Shown here piece by piece: positions 37,177-46,699 of a stretch of DNA of 64,000 nt. Made by a program: the position numbers and the translations under genes. The notes beneath the pieces are model-generated. The model saw nothing but the letters and a program-made list of their open reading frames with translations, was not told the origin of the DNA and did no database searches. Source of the DNA: a virus. The stretch lies in the IMG/VR virus record IMGVR_UViG_3300042904_000196, positions 10,485 to 74,484 of that record; one strand, 5' to 3'. The stretch's first letter is position 1; the number at the start of each line of letters is the position of its first letter.

Positions 37177-37416
37177 ATGAGGAACATCTACTACAGGGGC
37201 GAACTGTACCAGTGCCCCAACCACCTCGTCAAGGTGCTTATTTGGGATCTTGAGAAAGGTACCGAGGTAGGCACGGCCATCCGGCGACACTGCAAATGCG
37301 TCGGATCGTGCATGAACTTCACTGACGCTGACCGTCAGGCTGCCGTTGAAGATTTGATGGCAGAATCAGATGACACCGTTTCGTTGGACGACGACCGTAC
37401 CCAACACCCCTCGTAA
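37177..37416 (+). CDS. Hypothetical protein
   Basis: AAGGAG RBS. Confidence 0.55.
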   Translation: MRNIYYRGELYQCPNHLVKVLIWDLEKGTEVGTAIRRHCKCVGSCMNFTDADRQAAVEDLMAESDDTVSLDDDRTQHPS

Positions 37417-37425
37417 GGTAGTACC

Positions 37426-37737
37426 ATGGCAGCCAAATTTGTAACGTTTCAGTATGCTTGCATCAACCCTAAGTGTCCCGAGAGGGTATTTTATGGAGCC
37501 TATGCCCTCGAAGCGGACTACTGGGAAGCTTTCACCAAGCTATGCAACGGTGAGCCCGAGGTTGTTCTTCCGGGCGGTGCCAAGGTAACCTTGGTAGAGC
37601 ACCACAACTGTTTCCCTGATGTCGTTGGTGTGGGACATTTCTGTGGTTTCAGGACATCCTTCGTAGCACCCTACAAGAACACTTACACGCCCGACGACAT
37701 CAAACCCTACAAAACGGACCCAAGCAAGGAGAGCTAA
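37426..37737 (+). CDS. Hypothetical protein
   Basis: Operon continuity; CINPKC. Confidence 0.55.
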   Translation: MAAKFVTFQYACINPKCPERVFYGAYALEADYWEAFTKLCNGEPEVVLPGGAKVTLVEHHNCFPDVVGVGHFCGFRTSFVAPYKNTYTPDDIKPYKTDPSKES

Positions 37738-37738
37738 G

Positions 37739-38266
37739 ATGGTTAGTGTTGGTGACCCCGTAATCGTTCGTGGTTTCAAAGGTATCGTCAAGCGTATCCG
37801 CGATGAGCGTGTGACGATCCAGCCTGACGGACGCAAGAAACCAGAGTTTGTCAACATTCACGAGGTCAAGCTTGACTACAGCAAAAAGCTTGACACCGAG
37901 CTTGACAAGATTTGGGTTCTGAGGCGTTTTGATTCCGGTATCAAAACGTACTACGACGGCTCGGTCTTTAGGTCGTCGATTGGGGACGCCAAGCACTACA
38001 GTCACCGGGGTGCGTTACAGGTTGCCAAACGCCTTGAGGCGAAGACAGTCAAGCTGACGCACGCATTGAATCCCTTGTCCGACACGGAGGTAAGCAAGCT
38101 CGCGGAAGAGATTCAAAAGGTCCATGCTTCGTTAGCCGAGAACATGGCCTTAGAAGAATTGGCTAACCAAGAACATCGAACCCTTATCGCGTCGTTGATG
38201 AAAGAGCGGGCAGAGATTAAGGAAGCTCTGCAAAACCTTAACTTGCGAATGGAGACCATTACCTAG
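37739..38266 (+). CDS. Hypothetical protein (N-terminal KOW-like, C-terminal coiled coil)
   Basis: VGDPVIVRGFKGIVKRI; AAGGAG RBS. Confidence 0.55.
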   Translation: MVSVGDPVIVRGFKGIVKRIRDERVTIQPDGRKKPEFVNIHEVKLDYSKKLDTELDKIWVLRRFDSGIKTYYDGSVFRSSIGDAKHYSHRGALQVAKRLEAKTVKLTHALNPLSDTEVSKLAEEIQKVHASLAENMALEELANQEHRTLIASLMKERAEIKEALQNLNLRMETIT

Positions 38267-38277
38267 TAGGTAGCCAA

Positions 38278-38499
38278 ATGAACGTACATACTGCATGTGA
38301 CCAATCGCGTGATGAGCTTCAGAAGCTGGAGCGAGACGCCAAGGGCCGCTTAGTTGTCGCCGTAAGGGTAGGCAACAAGTGGCAAGACTCCCCAACAAAG
38401 GTAGACACCGCCGACGAAGCCGTGGCACTAGGTGCCCGGATCTTCTCTAACTGGCCCGACGTTAATGCGTTTCGTGTGAAACGGCGTCGTGGCACATAA
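38278..38499 (+). CDS. Hypothetical protein
   Basis: Operon continuity. Confidence 0.5.
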   Translation: MNVHTACDQSRDELQKLERDAKGRLVVAVRVGNKWQDSPTKVDTADEAVALGARIFSNWPDVNAFRVKRRRGT

Positions 38500-38611
38500 T
38501 AATGGCACATAATAATGAGCCATGGGGCGTGCTTCCACAGATTCGTTTGAATCCTGATCTGAGAGCACTAACGGGCACCTTCGCGGTGCCCGTCCCCATT
38601 ATTTTTGGAGC

Positions 38612-39169
38612 ATGAAAATGATTCCAGTATCAGATTACCGTACAGACAAGCTGATGAGCGACTACGAACGCCGCCGCGACACCGTGAAGAAAACGAGCTT
38701 CGCGATACCTTGCATGGAAGCCTTGAACCTCCTAGGTAGGTACGGGCCTCTGCTTGAAGTCGGAGCAGGTACGGGTTACTGGGCCAACCTGCTGCGGCTC
38801 AGGGGCGTGGACATCTATCCCACGGAGCCTGTTCAGGTGGGTAACAAGTACGGCTTCGAAAAAGCGTACCTGCCCATGGAACAGTTGACTGGCGTTGAAG
38901 CCGTTAACAGGTACCGAGACAGAAATCTGTTCATGTGCTGGCCCTCGTATCTGGCAACGTGGCCGTATCATACGCTGAAGTGGTTCAAGCGATTGTCCAC
39001 CATGAACCATGTCATTTACATTGGCGAGGGCCGGGGTGGGTGTTGTGCGGACTACAATTTCTTCCACATGCTCGAATACGACTTTACAGTTAAGGAAGAA
39101 TTGGACATTCCTACGTGGGACTATATTCACGACTCCCTTACGGTCTATGAGAGGAAGGTGCTTCGGTGA
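38612..39169 (+). CDS. Class I SAM-dependent methyltransferase-like protein
   Basis: LLEVGAGTGYWA motif I; LFMCWP; VIYIGE. Confidence 0.75.
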   Translation: MKMIPVSDYRTDKLMSDYERRRDTVKKTSFAIPCMEALNLLGRYGPLLEVGAGTGYWANLLRLRGVDIYPTEPVQVGNKYGFEKAYLPMEQLTGVEAVNRYRDRNLFMCWPSYLATWPYHTLKWFKRLSTMNHVIYIGEGRGGCCADYNFFHMLEYDFTVKEELDIPTWDYIHDSLTVYERKVLR

Positions 39170-39558
39170 AGATTACCTATCAACAGCTAGATCAGTTCGG
39201 TGCCTGCTCCGACGCCTTGGATACTTTTCAAGAGATTTTCGGTAGTGAGGCCGAGATTACCCTTGAAAATTGTCGCAAGGCATATGATGCTGGCCTAAGC
39301 CTGACTTGGCTTATTCAAAAATTCCAAGAGCCTTTGACGACATATTGGTCAGTGTCTCACAGTGCCTATGTAGCGTACAACGAGGCCATTACGGGGCATA
39401 TTAACGACTACTACAAGGCAATCGGCAATCACGAGAACGCAAACAAAGCATCGGAGAAATACTACGCGGCTACGGCTCCTTTTAGGGCCGCTTTGCATGA
39501 GGCCAAGACTCAGGCTGCTTATGCTACTTTGATTCGGGTATCAAAGGAGCTACCATGA
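39166..39558 (+). CDS. Tandem paralogue 1 (MKIT...GAC...F...FG family)
   Basis: N-terminal ~50 aa shared with the next two ORFs. Confidence 0.7.
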   Translation: MKITYQQLDQFGACSDALDTFQEIFGSEAEITLENCRKAYDAGLSLTWLIQKFQEPLTTYWSVSHSAYVAYNEAITGHINDYYKAIGNHENANKASEKYYAATAPFRAALHEAKTQAAYATLIRVSKELP

Positions 39559-39908
39559 AGGTGACGTTGCGAATGCTGCTTGACATGGATGCCTGTCTCA
39601 ACGCCTTGGGAAACTTCGAGCGTATCTTCGGCGACGAGGTCGAAGTTACACCCGAAAGTTGCCTAATAGCTGTTCAGGAAGGCTTAGACGTTGTGTGGTT
39701 CATGAAAAGTATTAATCGTTTGCGGGCAAGACGCTATTTGCACCAAATTAACCGAGCCTTAATAGCCTGCGACGATATTATCGACAAGCACCACAGACGT
39801 TGGGCCGTTGGCGACATAGACGCCACCACGTACTATATGGCGTCAACCAAGGCACATGAAACGTACCAAGAGGCTAAGGCACAGTTTCTTTACGAGGCTC
39901 TACAATGA
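39555..39908 (+). CDS. Tandem paralogue 2
   Basis: MKVT...DAC..AL..FERIFGDEVEVTPESC. Confidence 0.7.
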   Translation: MKVTLRMLLDMDACLNALGNFERIFGDEVEVTPESCLIAVQEGLDVVWFMKSINRLRARRYLHQINRALIACDDIIDKHHRRWAVGDIDATTYYMASTKAHETYQEAKAQFLYEALQ

Positions 39909-40279
39909 AGATTACCTATGACCAGTTGAGGGCACTTGGGGCGTGTGCTTCGGCCCTGTACATCTTCCGCAACATCTTTGGTGAGGAAGTCGAGGTCACC
40001 CCTGAAAATTGTCTCAAGGCATTTGAAGCTGAACTAGCCCTAGGGTGGATCGTTACAAAGCTTTCACCACGTAAAGATCAATACTATGAAGATGTCGATA
40101 AGGCTAAAAAGGTGTATGATCTTGCCACGGAAAAACCCCTAGAGGATTACATGGATACGATGCGGGTAACCGGTAATGCACGTAAGGCCGTGGATGAATA
40201 CTACGTAACCATGACACCTGCTAGGCTTACATATAAAGAGGCTTTGATTCTGGCCGCTTACAATGCTTTGAAGGATTAA
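39905..40279 (+). CDS. Tandem paralogue 3
   Basis: MKITYDQL...GAC..AL..FRNIFGEEVEVTPENC. Confidence 0.7.
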   Translation: MKITYDQLRALGACASALYIFRNIFGEEVEVTPENCLKAFEAELALGWIVTKLSPRKDQYYEDVDKAKKVYDLATEKPLEDYMDTMRVTGNARKAVDEYYVTMTPARLTYKEALILAAYNALKD

Positions 40280-40281
40280 CC

Positions 40282-40479
40282 ATGATGTTTGCTGCACTTA
40301 TGTTGGGTATAGATGGTTATGCTGTTTTCTTATTCACGTGTGAGGGTAAAAAGTTCGACCTGAAACTGATCGAAAAAACCTTAGCCAAGGAACCCTACAC
40401 ACGGCTCGTCGGTCTTTTACATGTTGAAAATTGCCCGCCCGGAACGGATGCCCTCCCACGGATACCGGAGATACCATGA
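40282..40479 (+). CDS. Hypothetical protein
   Basis: AAGGA RBS; ATGA overlap with the next gene. Confidence 0.45.
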   Translation: MMFAALMLGIDGYAVFLFTCEGKKFDLKLIEKTLAKEPYTRLVGLLHVENCPPGTDALPRIPEIP

Positions 40480-41300
40480 AATTCGACGCACTATGCAAGG
40501 TCGTAGAGAGCAACCACCTAGAAAATCAGGAGGGTCTTTTAAGACACACCAAGCTCTTCCTGTTTCCACTGAACAGTAAGCAACTCCCCCAGTCCTACAC
40601 CCCGGACCAAGTGTCGCTCTTCGAGGAACAGTTCTTCCTGCCATTCAGGAACGTGACCATCGAAGATGAAACCGGCTGTACAATGCTGATCGATTCCACC
40701 GAAAACCAGAGTGGCATCGATGGACTACGTTACTTTGTGGATTTTGTTCTCCTAGACAGCAAGACTGATTCCGGAATCAATGACTACGGAATCTGGTCCC
40801 TGTGCTTTGGCCGGGTGAAGGGCTTCAGGATCAGTGATGTGTCCCTCTGGACGCACATCGAAATCGATAGGTGCCTAGGCGGTAGCTTGCGAACGGGTGA
40901 AGTGGCCAACATCGACAAACATGACGAGGTCATGCAGCAAGCGGCTGTGCGTAACGTGCAAACGGCTTATCAGGAGATTATGTACTTCAACACCCCTGAT
41001 AGGTTCATCGTACAGTCAACCCCTCGCAGGGTGCGTGACCCTTTAACAAGCGCCAAGATTCCTCGGGCACAGGACAGGCCCAACTATATTTTGCTTTATC
41101 CAAAGCAAATTCGTGAGCGCTTCGGTATACAGGGGGATGGGGTTAATGCACCGCATCCTGTACGGAGGCACTTTCGTACCCTGAGAAGTGACTATTACAC
41201 CAACAAACAAGGGCAGCGTGTCGCTGTCAAAGGATACTGGACCGGAGACACTGAAAAGGTCGTTGACGGTAGGCACTACAAAATTCTTTTAGATAGGTGA
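40476..41300 (+). CDS. Hypothetical protein with C-terminal HxVRxHxR motif
   Basis: PHPVRRHFRTL...VKGYWTG; GGAG RBS. Confidence 0.65.
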   Translation: MKFDALCKVVESNHLENQEGLLRHTKLFLFPLNSKQLPQSYTPDQVSLFEEQFFLPFRNVTIEDETGCTMLIDSTENQSGIDGLRYFVDFVLLDSKTDSGINDYGIWSLCFGRVKGFRISDVSLWTHIEIDRCLGGSLRTGEVANIDKHDEVMQQAAVRNVQTAYQEIMYFNTPDRFIVQSTPRRVRDPLTSAKIPRAQDRPNYILLYPKQIRERFGIQGDGVNAPHPVRRHFRTLRSDYYTNKQGQRVAVKGYWTGDTEKVVDGRHYKILLDR

Positions 41301-41303
41301 GTT

Positions 41304-41948
41304 ATGATTCCGGAATCACTTTGGAGAAAACGGGCTGAGGAAGCTGAAGCGGCACTCGCGACGCTGCGGGCGCTGATGCCGGAGGTGCGGAATTTCGTAC
41401 AGATGGTTTTTGAGTGGGAAGAGCCTGTCCCGTCAGGTCTTCATGGCTCAGTTTGGAAAAAGAAGTACGGGTGTCATGCGAATGAGCTTGCCGCAAATCT
41501 TATAGGCAAAGCCGCCACTACACTCCTCGCCAAGCTGCCTGCAGAGGACAAATCGGAGTATGCGACGACTGCGGCTAAATGCCACTCGCACGAACACCCG
41601 GCGGGGTGCGGATGCCACGATGGGCCGCCAGAGGTCAAGCCCGCGACTGCCGAGCCGAAGCGGGTGCGGGAGTGGCGGTTTGACCATAAAGACTTTTGGG
41701 CGGAATACCGATTCGATGGCACGCAGGTGTGGTATCAGGAAAGCATAAATCCGATCTGGAAAAAAGTCTTTACAACGATTGAACAAATTGAACAAACGAA
41801 ATGCTACCGCGAAACCACCGTCGCGGGCAACGTGCCGGAGCGGCAGCAATTCGTGGTTGAAGTGTGCGATTCATATGAGCTAGGTGCCTTCCATGTGAAG
41901 ACATCCATCGGTCCTAAATGGCTTCGTTTTGTTGCGAGGAAACCATGA
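41304..41948 (+). CDS. Hypothetical protein, paralogue of 44150-45037
   Basis: Shares FVQMV.W..LHGS.WK.KYGC and WAEYR...CYRETT blocks. Confidence 0.65.
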   Translation: MIPESLWRKRAEEAEAALATLRALMPEVRNFVQMVFEWEEPVPSGLHGSVWKKKYGCHANELAANLIGKAATTLLAKLPAEDKSEYATTAAKCHSHEHPAGCGCHDGPPEVKPATAEPKRVREWRFDHKDFWAEYRFDGTQVWYQESINPIWKKVFTTIEQIEQTKCYRETTVAGNVPERQQFVVEVCDSYELGAFHVKTSIGPKWLRFVARKP

Positions 41949-42142
41949 AGATGTACTGCAAACTCGTTCTCAGTGTCGAGGTCCATATTCCTGAAGATAT
42001 GGACCACGAGGAAATTGAACATTACATTCAGGATGTTCTTAGTTCAGAAAAGAAGGCTGTTGCCAATTATGCGAAGGCTGTACTTCCAGCCGGGCTCCCC
42101 GGCGAGTGTTCTATTCAGAATCCCAGATGGGACATCGAGTAG
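41945..42142 (+). CDS. Hypothetical protein
   Basis: GAGG RBS; ATGA overlap. Confidence 0.5.
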   Translation: MKMYCKLVLSVEVHIPEDMDHEEIEHYIQDVLSSEKKAVANYAKAVLPAGLPGECSIQNPRWDIE

Positions 42143-42150
42143 GTGAAACC

Positions 42151-42381
42151 ATGATACTTGTTCTCTATGAAACAACGGACGATGATAACGATGAAATTTT
42201 TGTAAGGAGTGATATAACCGATCTTGTTAGTAGTTTCACCCGTGAGGCAGCCATCAACGCTGTCCAGAATCATCTCAAGGAAAAGGATATCGAAGGCGAA
42301 TTTTTGATCGTTGAAACTGTTGCCACCATTCACGCGGCACGTGTTACATTGCTCAAGGTTACTGTAAAGGATTCAGAATGA
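42151..42381 (+). CDS. Hypothetical protein
   Basis: Operon continuity. Confidence 0.5.
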   Translation: MILVLYETTDDDNDEIFVRSDITDLVSSFTREAAINAVQNHLKEKDIEGEFLIVETVATIHAARVTLLKVTVKDSE

Positions 42382-43664
42382 TCGTCGTTTCTAACAAAGG
42401 TGAAATCCCCCTACATGGTGTTCGCTTGCTTGGTCAGAGCCGCAAGCGGGCTGACCAGATCGGCCAGTTCGGTACCGGGCTCAAGGAAACCATTGCCTTG
42501 TGTTTGAGGAAGAACTACACCATCGAAATCCTTTCGGGTTCTGATACCAGAATCAAATTCAGTATTCAGGACATCGATGGACAGAACGAAGTCTGCTTCA
42601 TGCTTGTCGGTAAGGGAACCAAGAGTTTCCCGTCGGATACGTGGCACGGCATGGGCTTCAGCCCGGACCTAGGTAAGAGGGACTGGAACAGCGACTGGCA
42701 AATCCTGAGGGAAATCATCTGCAACGCCTACGACGAAGGCGAACTTTTCTTCGGGGATGATTCCCCCTGCGAAGGAAAAACCAAGGTTATCTTGCGTGGC
42801 CCTGAAGCGGAAATGAAAACCATTGATCGTAAGCTGCGGTTCATGCAAGGCGGCTGGAACCCAAGGGAAACCATCATTAAGAAAATGTTCTCGGACAGAA
42901 TGAACATTTTCTGCAAGGGAGTCTTCGTTCAGGAAGTGTCGATGGCTTCCATGTTTGATTACAGCATCAAAGACCTCAAAATGACGGAGTCACGCAGCGT
43001 TGACCCGTACACCGCTTATTGTGGTATGTCGCACATCCTTTCCAAGTGCGACGACGAAATCATCCAACGGCAAATCTTGAAGGCTGTTGCCGACCATGAC
43101 AAGGTTGCCGAGGTTAGTCGTCTTACGTCATACATGGACTTTGACGTATCGTGGAAGCGTACCTTCGATCTTATGCATGGACCCAAGGGTGTCATATGCA
43201 ACGTTGCCCAAGAGGTCAGTCGCCTCTCAGAGCGTGGGTATACCCCGGTGTACATTAAGGCTTACGAGTGGTTCGATGCACTGGTCAAGCTCGGTGTTAA
43301 GCGTGCCAATGATGTCTTAGTAACTTCGCAGGAAGACGGGCTCGACTTCATTGATCCGCCCACGGAAACCAAAGACACCTTCGAGAAGCTCTACCACAGG
43401 CTAGTTATCAATCGTCTCGTGAACAACAAGAGCCGCCCCAAGCTCAAGGTGTTCACGCAAACCGGCTCTGAAGAAAGCGTCACGATAAACGGGTTCTATA
43501 AGGATGGAACTGTTCACGTGAACCAACGCATTTTGGGGAGTCGCGAGGAACGTGTGACCATCCTTGAGGAAATCTGCCACCATGTGACGGGTGCCAATGA
43601 TTGTACCCGAGACTTTCAGAACTGGACCCTCGACGCCTTGGAAACCTTTTTAGGTGTAAAATGA
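42378..43664 (+). CDS. GHKL(HSP90-like) ATPase-domain protein with C-terminal zincin-like motif
   Basis: IGQFGTGLK, ILREIICNAYDE, C-terminal GFY...V.VN...TILEEICHH. Confidence 0.6.
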   Translation: MIVVSNKGEIPLHGVRLLGQSRKRADQIGQFGTGLKETIALCLRKNYTIEILSGSDTRIKFSIQDIDGQNEVCFMLVGKGTKSFPSDTWHGMGFSPDLGKRDWNSDWQILREIICNAYDEGELFFGDDSPCEGKTKVILRGPEAEMKTIDRKLRFMQGGWNPRETIIKKMFSDRMNIFCKGVFVQEVSMASMFDYSIKDLKMTESRSVDPYTAYCGMSHILSKCDDEIIQRQILKAVADHDKVAEVSRLTSYMDFDVSWKRTFDLMHGPKGVICNVAQEVSRLSERGYTPVYIKAYEWFDALVKLGVKRANDVLVTSQEDGLDFIDPPTETKDTFEKLYHRLVINRLVNNKSRPKLKVFTQTGSEESVTINGFYKDGTVHVNQRILGSREERVTILEEICHHVTGANDCTRDFQNWTLDALETFLGVK

Positions 43665-44056
43665 CTTACTCAGAACGTGTGAGCAACTTACTGGCAACGG
43701 ACCCGGAAGTGCTTCGGTCAGCCATGTTGAACGCGGAGTACAACACATTCATCAGTGGCTGTGCCGATAAGGACGATAGCAAGCGGGTGCCCTACATCGG
43801 GTGGTACTGGCGGGACGTTGACTGGTCCGACCTTGAACATATCCCCGTGGCGAGTTGCGGGGAGTTCATCGGTTTCATTATGAACAATAAGTGGGGCTAC
43901 GAGCAGCGTTACCTCACTAAGGATGAAGCCGTTAAAGTGGTGGAAATCATCGACAAAGCCATGGAAAACAAGGGCGGGTTACTTAGCAATATTATTGCTG
44001 AACGTGACAAGCACCTGAAGGAACTTTGGGATTACATGCAAACGCTTGTAATCTAA
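43661..44056 (+). CDS. Hypothetical protein
   Basis: ATGA overlap at 43661. Confidence 0.55.
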   Translation: MTYSERVSNLLATDPEVLRSAMLNAEYNTFISGCADKDDSKRVPYIGWYWRDVDWSDLEHIPVASCGEFIGFIMNNKWGYEQRYLTKDEAVKVVEIIDKAMENKGGLLSNIIAERDKHLKELWDYMQTLVI

Positions 44057-44149
44057 CTTGGACCGGAGCTGGCACCGGTGCTCACGGGGCTCTAGGTGAA
44101 GGAGCCCCACTTGCTTTTGATTCTGGAATCTTTTACTAAGGAAATGACA

Positions 44150-45037
44150 ATGTTCAAGAAAGACGACGCTGTTCTGGTTCGTGGTACCGTTATTGAGTAC
44201 GATGGAAACGATAAGACGGTCCGTGTTCGCTTCTCACCTAACACGTTCTGGTTTCCTGAGGTGGACGTTTTTAGCCGGGATGCTACGACCTTCTTCAATG
44301 AAGTCGATGACCTTAGAGTCAAGCTGAAGGCCGAAACCAAGGAGGTTGCCGACCTGCGGGCAAGATTGGCCGAGGCAATTGCTGAACGTGACGAGGCACG
44401 TGAGATCGTGCGACACGCCAACAATTCCCTGTTCGGGTCCGACGGTTACTTTGTTCTCGCCAACAATATGCGTGCCGTGTCCAATGCCATTGAGGATTTG
44501 AAGCAACGCAGCAATGCGACGTATCGGGAACAGATGGCCGAGATGCGGCGGTTCGTACAGATGGTGTGGGATTGGGAAGCCCCTATCGCACAAGGCGGAC
44601 TTCACGGCTCCACATGGAAAGCGAAGTACGGTTGCGGCGAAAATGATCTTGCCGCAGACCGTATAAGCAAAATCGCCAAGGCATACCTTGACCGGTTGCC
44701 CCCTGCGGAGCAGGTACCTGCGGAGCAGGTACCTGCGGAGCAGGAGCGGTCATGGCGGTACAAGGAGGATAACGGATACTGGGCCGAGTACCGCACGAAA
44801 GACAAACGCATACAGCGGCGTAGCGAAAACCTGTCTGAGTGGTACTTCGATGATTCCTTAACGGTGGAGAGGCTGGAGCAACTTGTTCGTCTTAACCCGT
44901 GTTACCGCGAAACCACCTTGAAGGCCAACCCGCTTCCCGAAAACGTGCCGCTGACGCTGCACGGTCCTGCTTCCCTCAAAGGGAAGAGGGTGCGGCTGTG
45001 GTGTGATGGTGCGGCTTTTGAAGCCGAGGTGGGTTGA
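44150..45037 (+). CDS. Hypothetical protein, paralogue of 41304-41948
   Basis: AAGGA RBS; shared blocks; PAEQV repeat linker. Confidence 0.65.
   Translation: MFKKDDAVLVRGTVIEYDGNDKTVRVRFSPNTFWFPEVDVFSRDATTFFNEVDDLRVKLKAETKEVADLRARLAEAIAERDEAREIVRHANNSLFGSDGYFVLANNMRAVSNAIEDLKQRSNATYREQMAEMRRFVQMVWDWEAPIAQGGLHGSTWKAKYGCGENDLAADRISKIAKAYLDRLPPAEQVPAEQVPAEQERSWRYKEDNGYWAEYRTKDKRIQRRSENLSEWYFDDSLTVERLEQLVRLNPCYRETTLKANPLPENVPLTLHGPASLKGKRVRLWCDGAAFEAEVG
44702..44744 (+). repeat. 15-bp coding tandem repeat, about 3 copies
   Basis: CCTGCGGAGCAGGTA x2 followed by CCTGCGGAGCAGG. Confidence 0.9.
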
Positions 45038-45166
45038 TTCTGGAATCTAAGGAGATGAAGATGCACTGGCCGTAGCGAATAGACATTTCCTCCGCATAGT
45101 CAATGTGCCCGTAGGAGACATTTCTGAGGTGTACCATGACTTGAAACAACTTTACTGCTTGTACTG

Positions 45167-45200
45167 AGGCCCTTGGGGGTTCCAAGGGCCTACCCCTTTT
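45167..45200 (+). terminator. Probable intrinsic terminator
   Basis: AGGCCCTTGG-GGGTT-CCAAGGGCCT then ACCCCTTTT. Confidence 0.55.
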
Positions 45201-45215
45201 AAGAAGGAAACAAGG

Positions 45216-45452
45216 ATGTTAACTCTTATAGCCCCCGAACATATCAAAGGCTTCACAGCCCTAAAGACTCACTTTCACATGAATCGCCCTTTCCGCATAC
45301 AAGGCGACACGAAGCTGGTGCGTAAAATCTCGCTCAAGAGAGGGACGCACGTTACACTCGTTGCGAAGCTTGGAATGACCTCTTACCCGATTTCTAAAAA
45401 GAGGAACCACATGTCCACCACGGAACAACGGAGTGTCGAGCTTGTCGTCTGA
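45216..45452 (+). CDS. Hypothetical protein
   Basis: AAGGA RBS. Confidence 0.45.
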   Translation: MLTLIAPEHIKGFTALKTHFHMNRPFRIQGDTKLVRKISLKRGTHVTLVAKLGMTSYPISKKRNHMSTTEQRSVELVV

Positions 45453-45852
45453 CTACCTTACCAAGGCTTTGATTAATCCCCGCGGCATCGTCAATAGCAT
45501 CACAAAAGCAATGAAAGTGAGGCCATCGTACATTGCATGTACGGGAATCAGCGGACTGCTTATAGCATCTAACGTATCATACAAAACGGGCATACCACTG
45601 GTCATAGTGCGTAATGGCACTACGTCAAAGCACGCACAAACAAAGGTTGAAACCGTCGTTCCCTTGGACGGTGATTACGCCATCATTGATGATCTGGTAT
45701 GCTCTGGTGAAACCGTGGCAGGCATTGTGGATGCTTTGCCCGGAACATGTAAGTGGCTTTACCTCTGGAACGCTAGTCACATTGACGGAGGCAATGTACC
45801 GGATGAAAGATTCCGGAATCAGTTCAGCACAATAAGCATCATCGAATTATAA
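45433..45852 (+). CDS. Type I phosphoribosyltransferase-like protein
   Basis: PRPP-binding loop AIIDDLVCSGET; IPLVIVR. Confidence 0.8.
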   Translation: MSSLSSDYLTKALINPRGIVNSITKAMKVRPSYIACTGISGLLIASNVSYKTGIPLVIVRNGTTSKHAQTKVETVVPLDGDYAIIDDLVCSGETVAGIVDALPGTCKWLYLWNASHIDGGNVPDERFRNQFSTISIIEL

Positions 45853-45867
45853 TTAAAAGGAGGAAGT

Positions 45868-46062
45868 ATGCTGGTAAAACGCATGGAACAACTCATTCAA
45901 GATGTCCGGCGATTGCGAGCCCAATACCATTCTCCGCAAGAGATTGTGAAGATTGTTATTGGTGAACACAATCTCCGGCGTCCGGATGGGACAGTACCGT
46001 CATGGGTAGCCGCGGTGGTTATACACGCCATCGAAGAAAACGAAGGAATCAGTGAATCTTAA
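45868..46062 (+). CDS. Hypothetical protein
   Basis: AAGGAGG RBS. Confidence 0.6.
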   Translation: MLVKRMEQLIQDVRRLRAQYHSPQEIVKIVIGEHNLRRPDGTVPSWVAAVVIHAIEENEGISES

Positions 46063-46678
46063 AGGCCGTAGGATACGTGCCACAAGCTACAAACACTGCT
46101 TAAAGGTGGCACCTCCCCGTGAAAAAGATATCCTTAACCTGACGAAGCGTCTTCGTAACGGAGACTGTTCCGTTATTCATCGTATCGTGGTAGGTCACAT
46201 GGCGATTGCGATGCAGATTGTTGGCAGATATGTGACTGTTAAAGGGAGATTTGACGACGAATGGGTGTCAGTAGCATTTCTGGCAGTCGTTCAGGCTGTT
46301 AAGCGTGCCCAACATACGCTTATTAACGACAACATTACACCGTATATAATTTCAGCAGTACACTCGGCTCTCAGTGAGTTCATGGCGGAGGATAGGGTTA
46401 TACCTATTCCTTATAGCACCCTGAGACGCAATAAGCTTCAACCTCCAACCATAACCAACAAAGGTGATGCTGAAATCTTTTCCCACGAAAAACAGATCGT
46501 TGCTCGCGAATTGCTGGAGAGTGCTTGCATAACTCCCGTGGATCGCAAGATCATCGATATGCGTGTTCGTGGATATACTGATAGTGACATTGCTAAAGCG
46601 ATTGGAATTTCTAGACAGTACGTCCAAACGATACGTGCAAAGCTAGAGAAACGAATCAAGGAACTGTATGAACTGTAA
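46052..46678 (+). CDS. Sigma-70-like factor
   Basis: RNGD...IVVGHMAIAMQIVGRY...DEWVSVAFLAVVQAV (region 2); GYTDSDIAKAIGISRQYVQTIR (region 4). Confidence 0.75.
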   Translation: MNLKGRRIRATSYKHCLKVAPPREKDILNLTKRLRNGDCSVIHRIVVGHMAIAMQIVGRYVTVKGRFDDEWVSVAFLAVVQAVKRAQHTLINDNITPYIISAVHSALSEFMAEDRVIPIPYSTLRRNKLQPPTITNKGDAEIFSHEKQIVARELLESACITPVDRKIIDMRVRGYTDSDIAKAIGISRQYVQTIRAKLEKRIKELYEL

Positions 46679-46699
46679 CACCACCATCAAGAGGATAAT

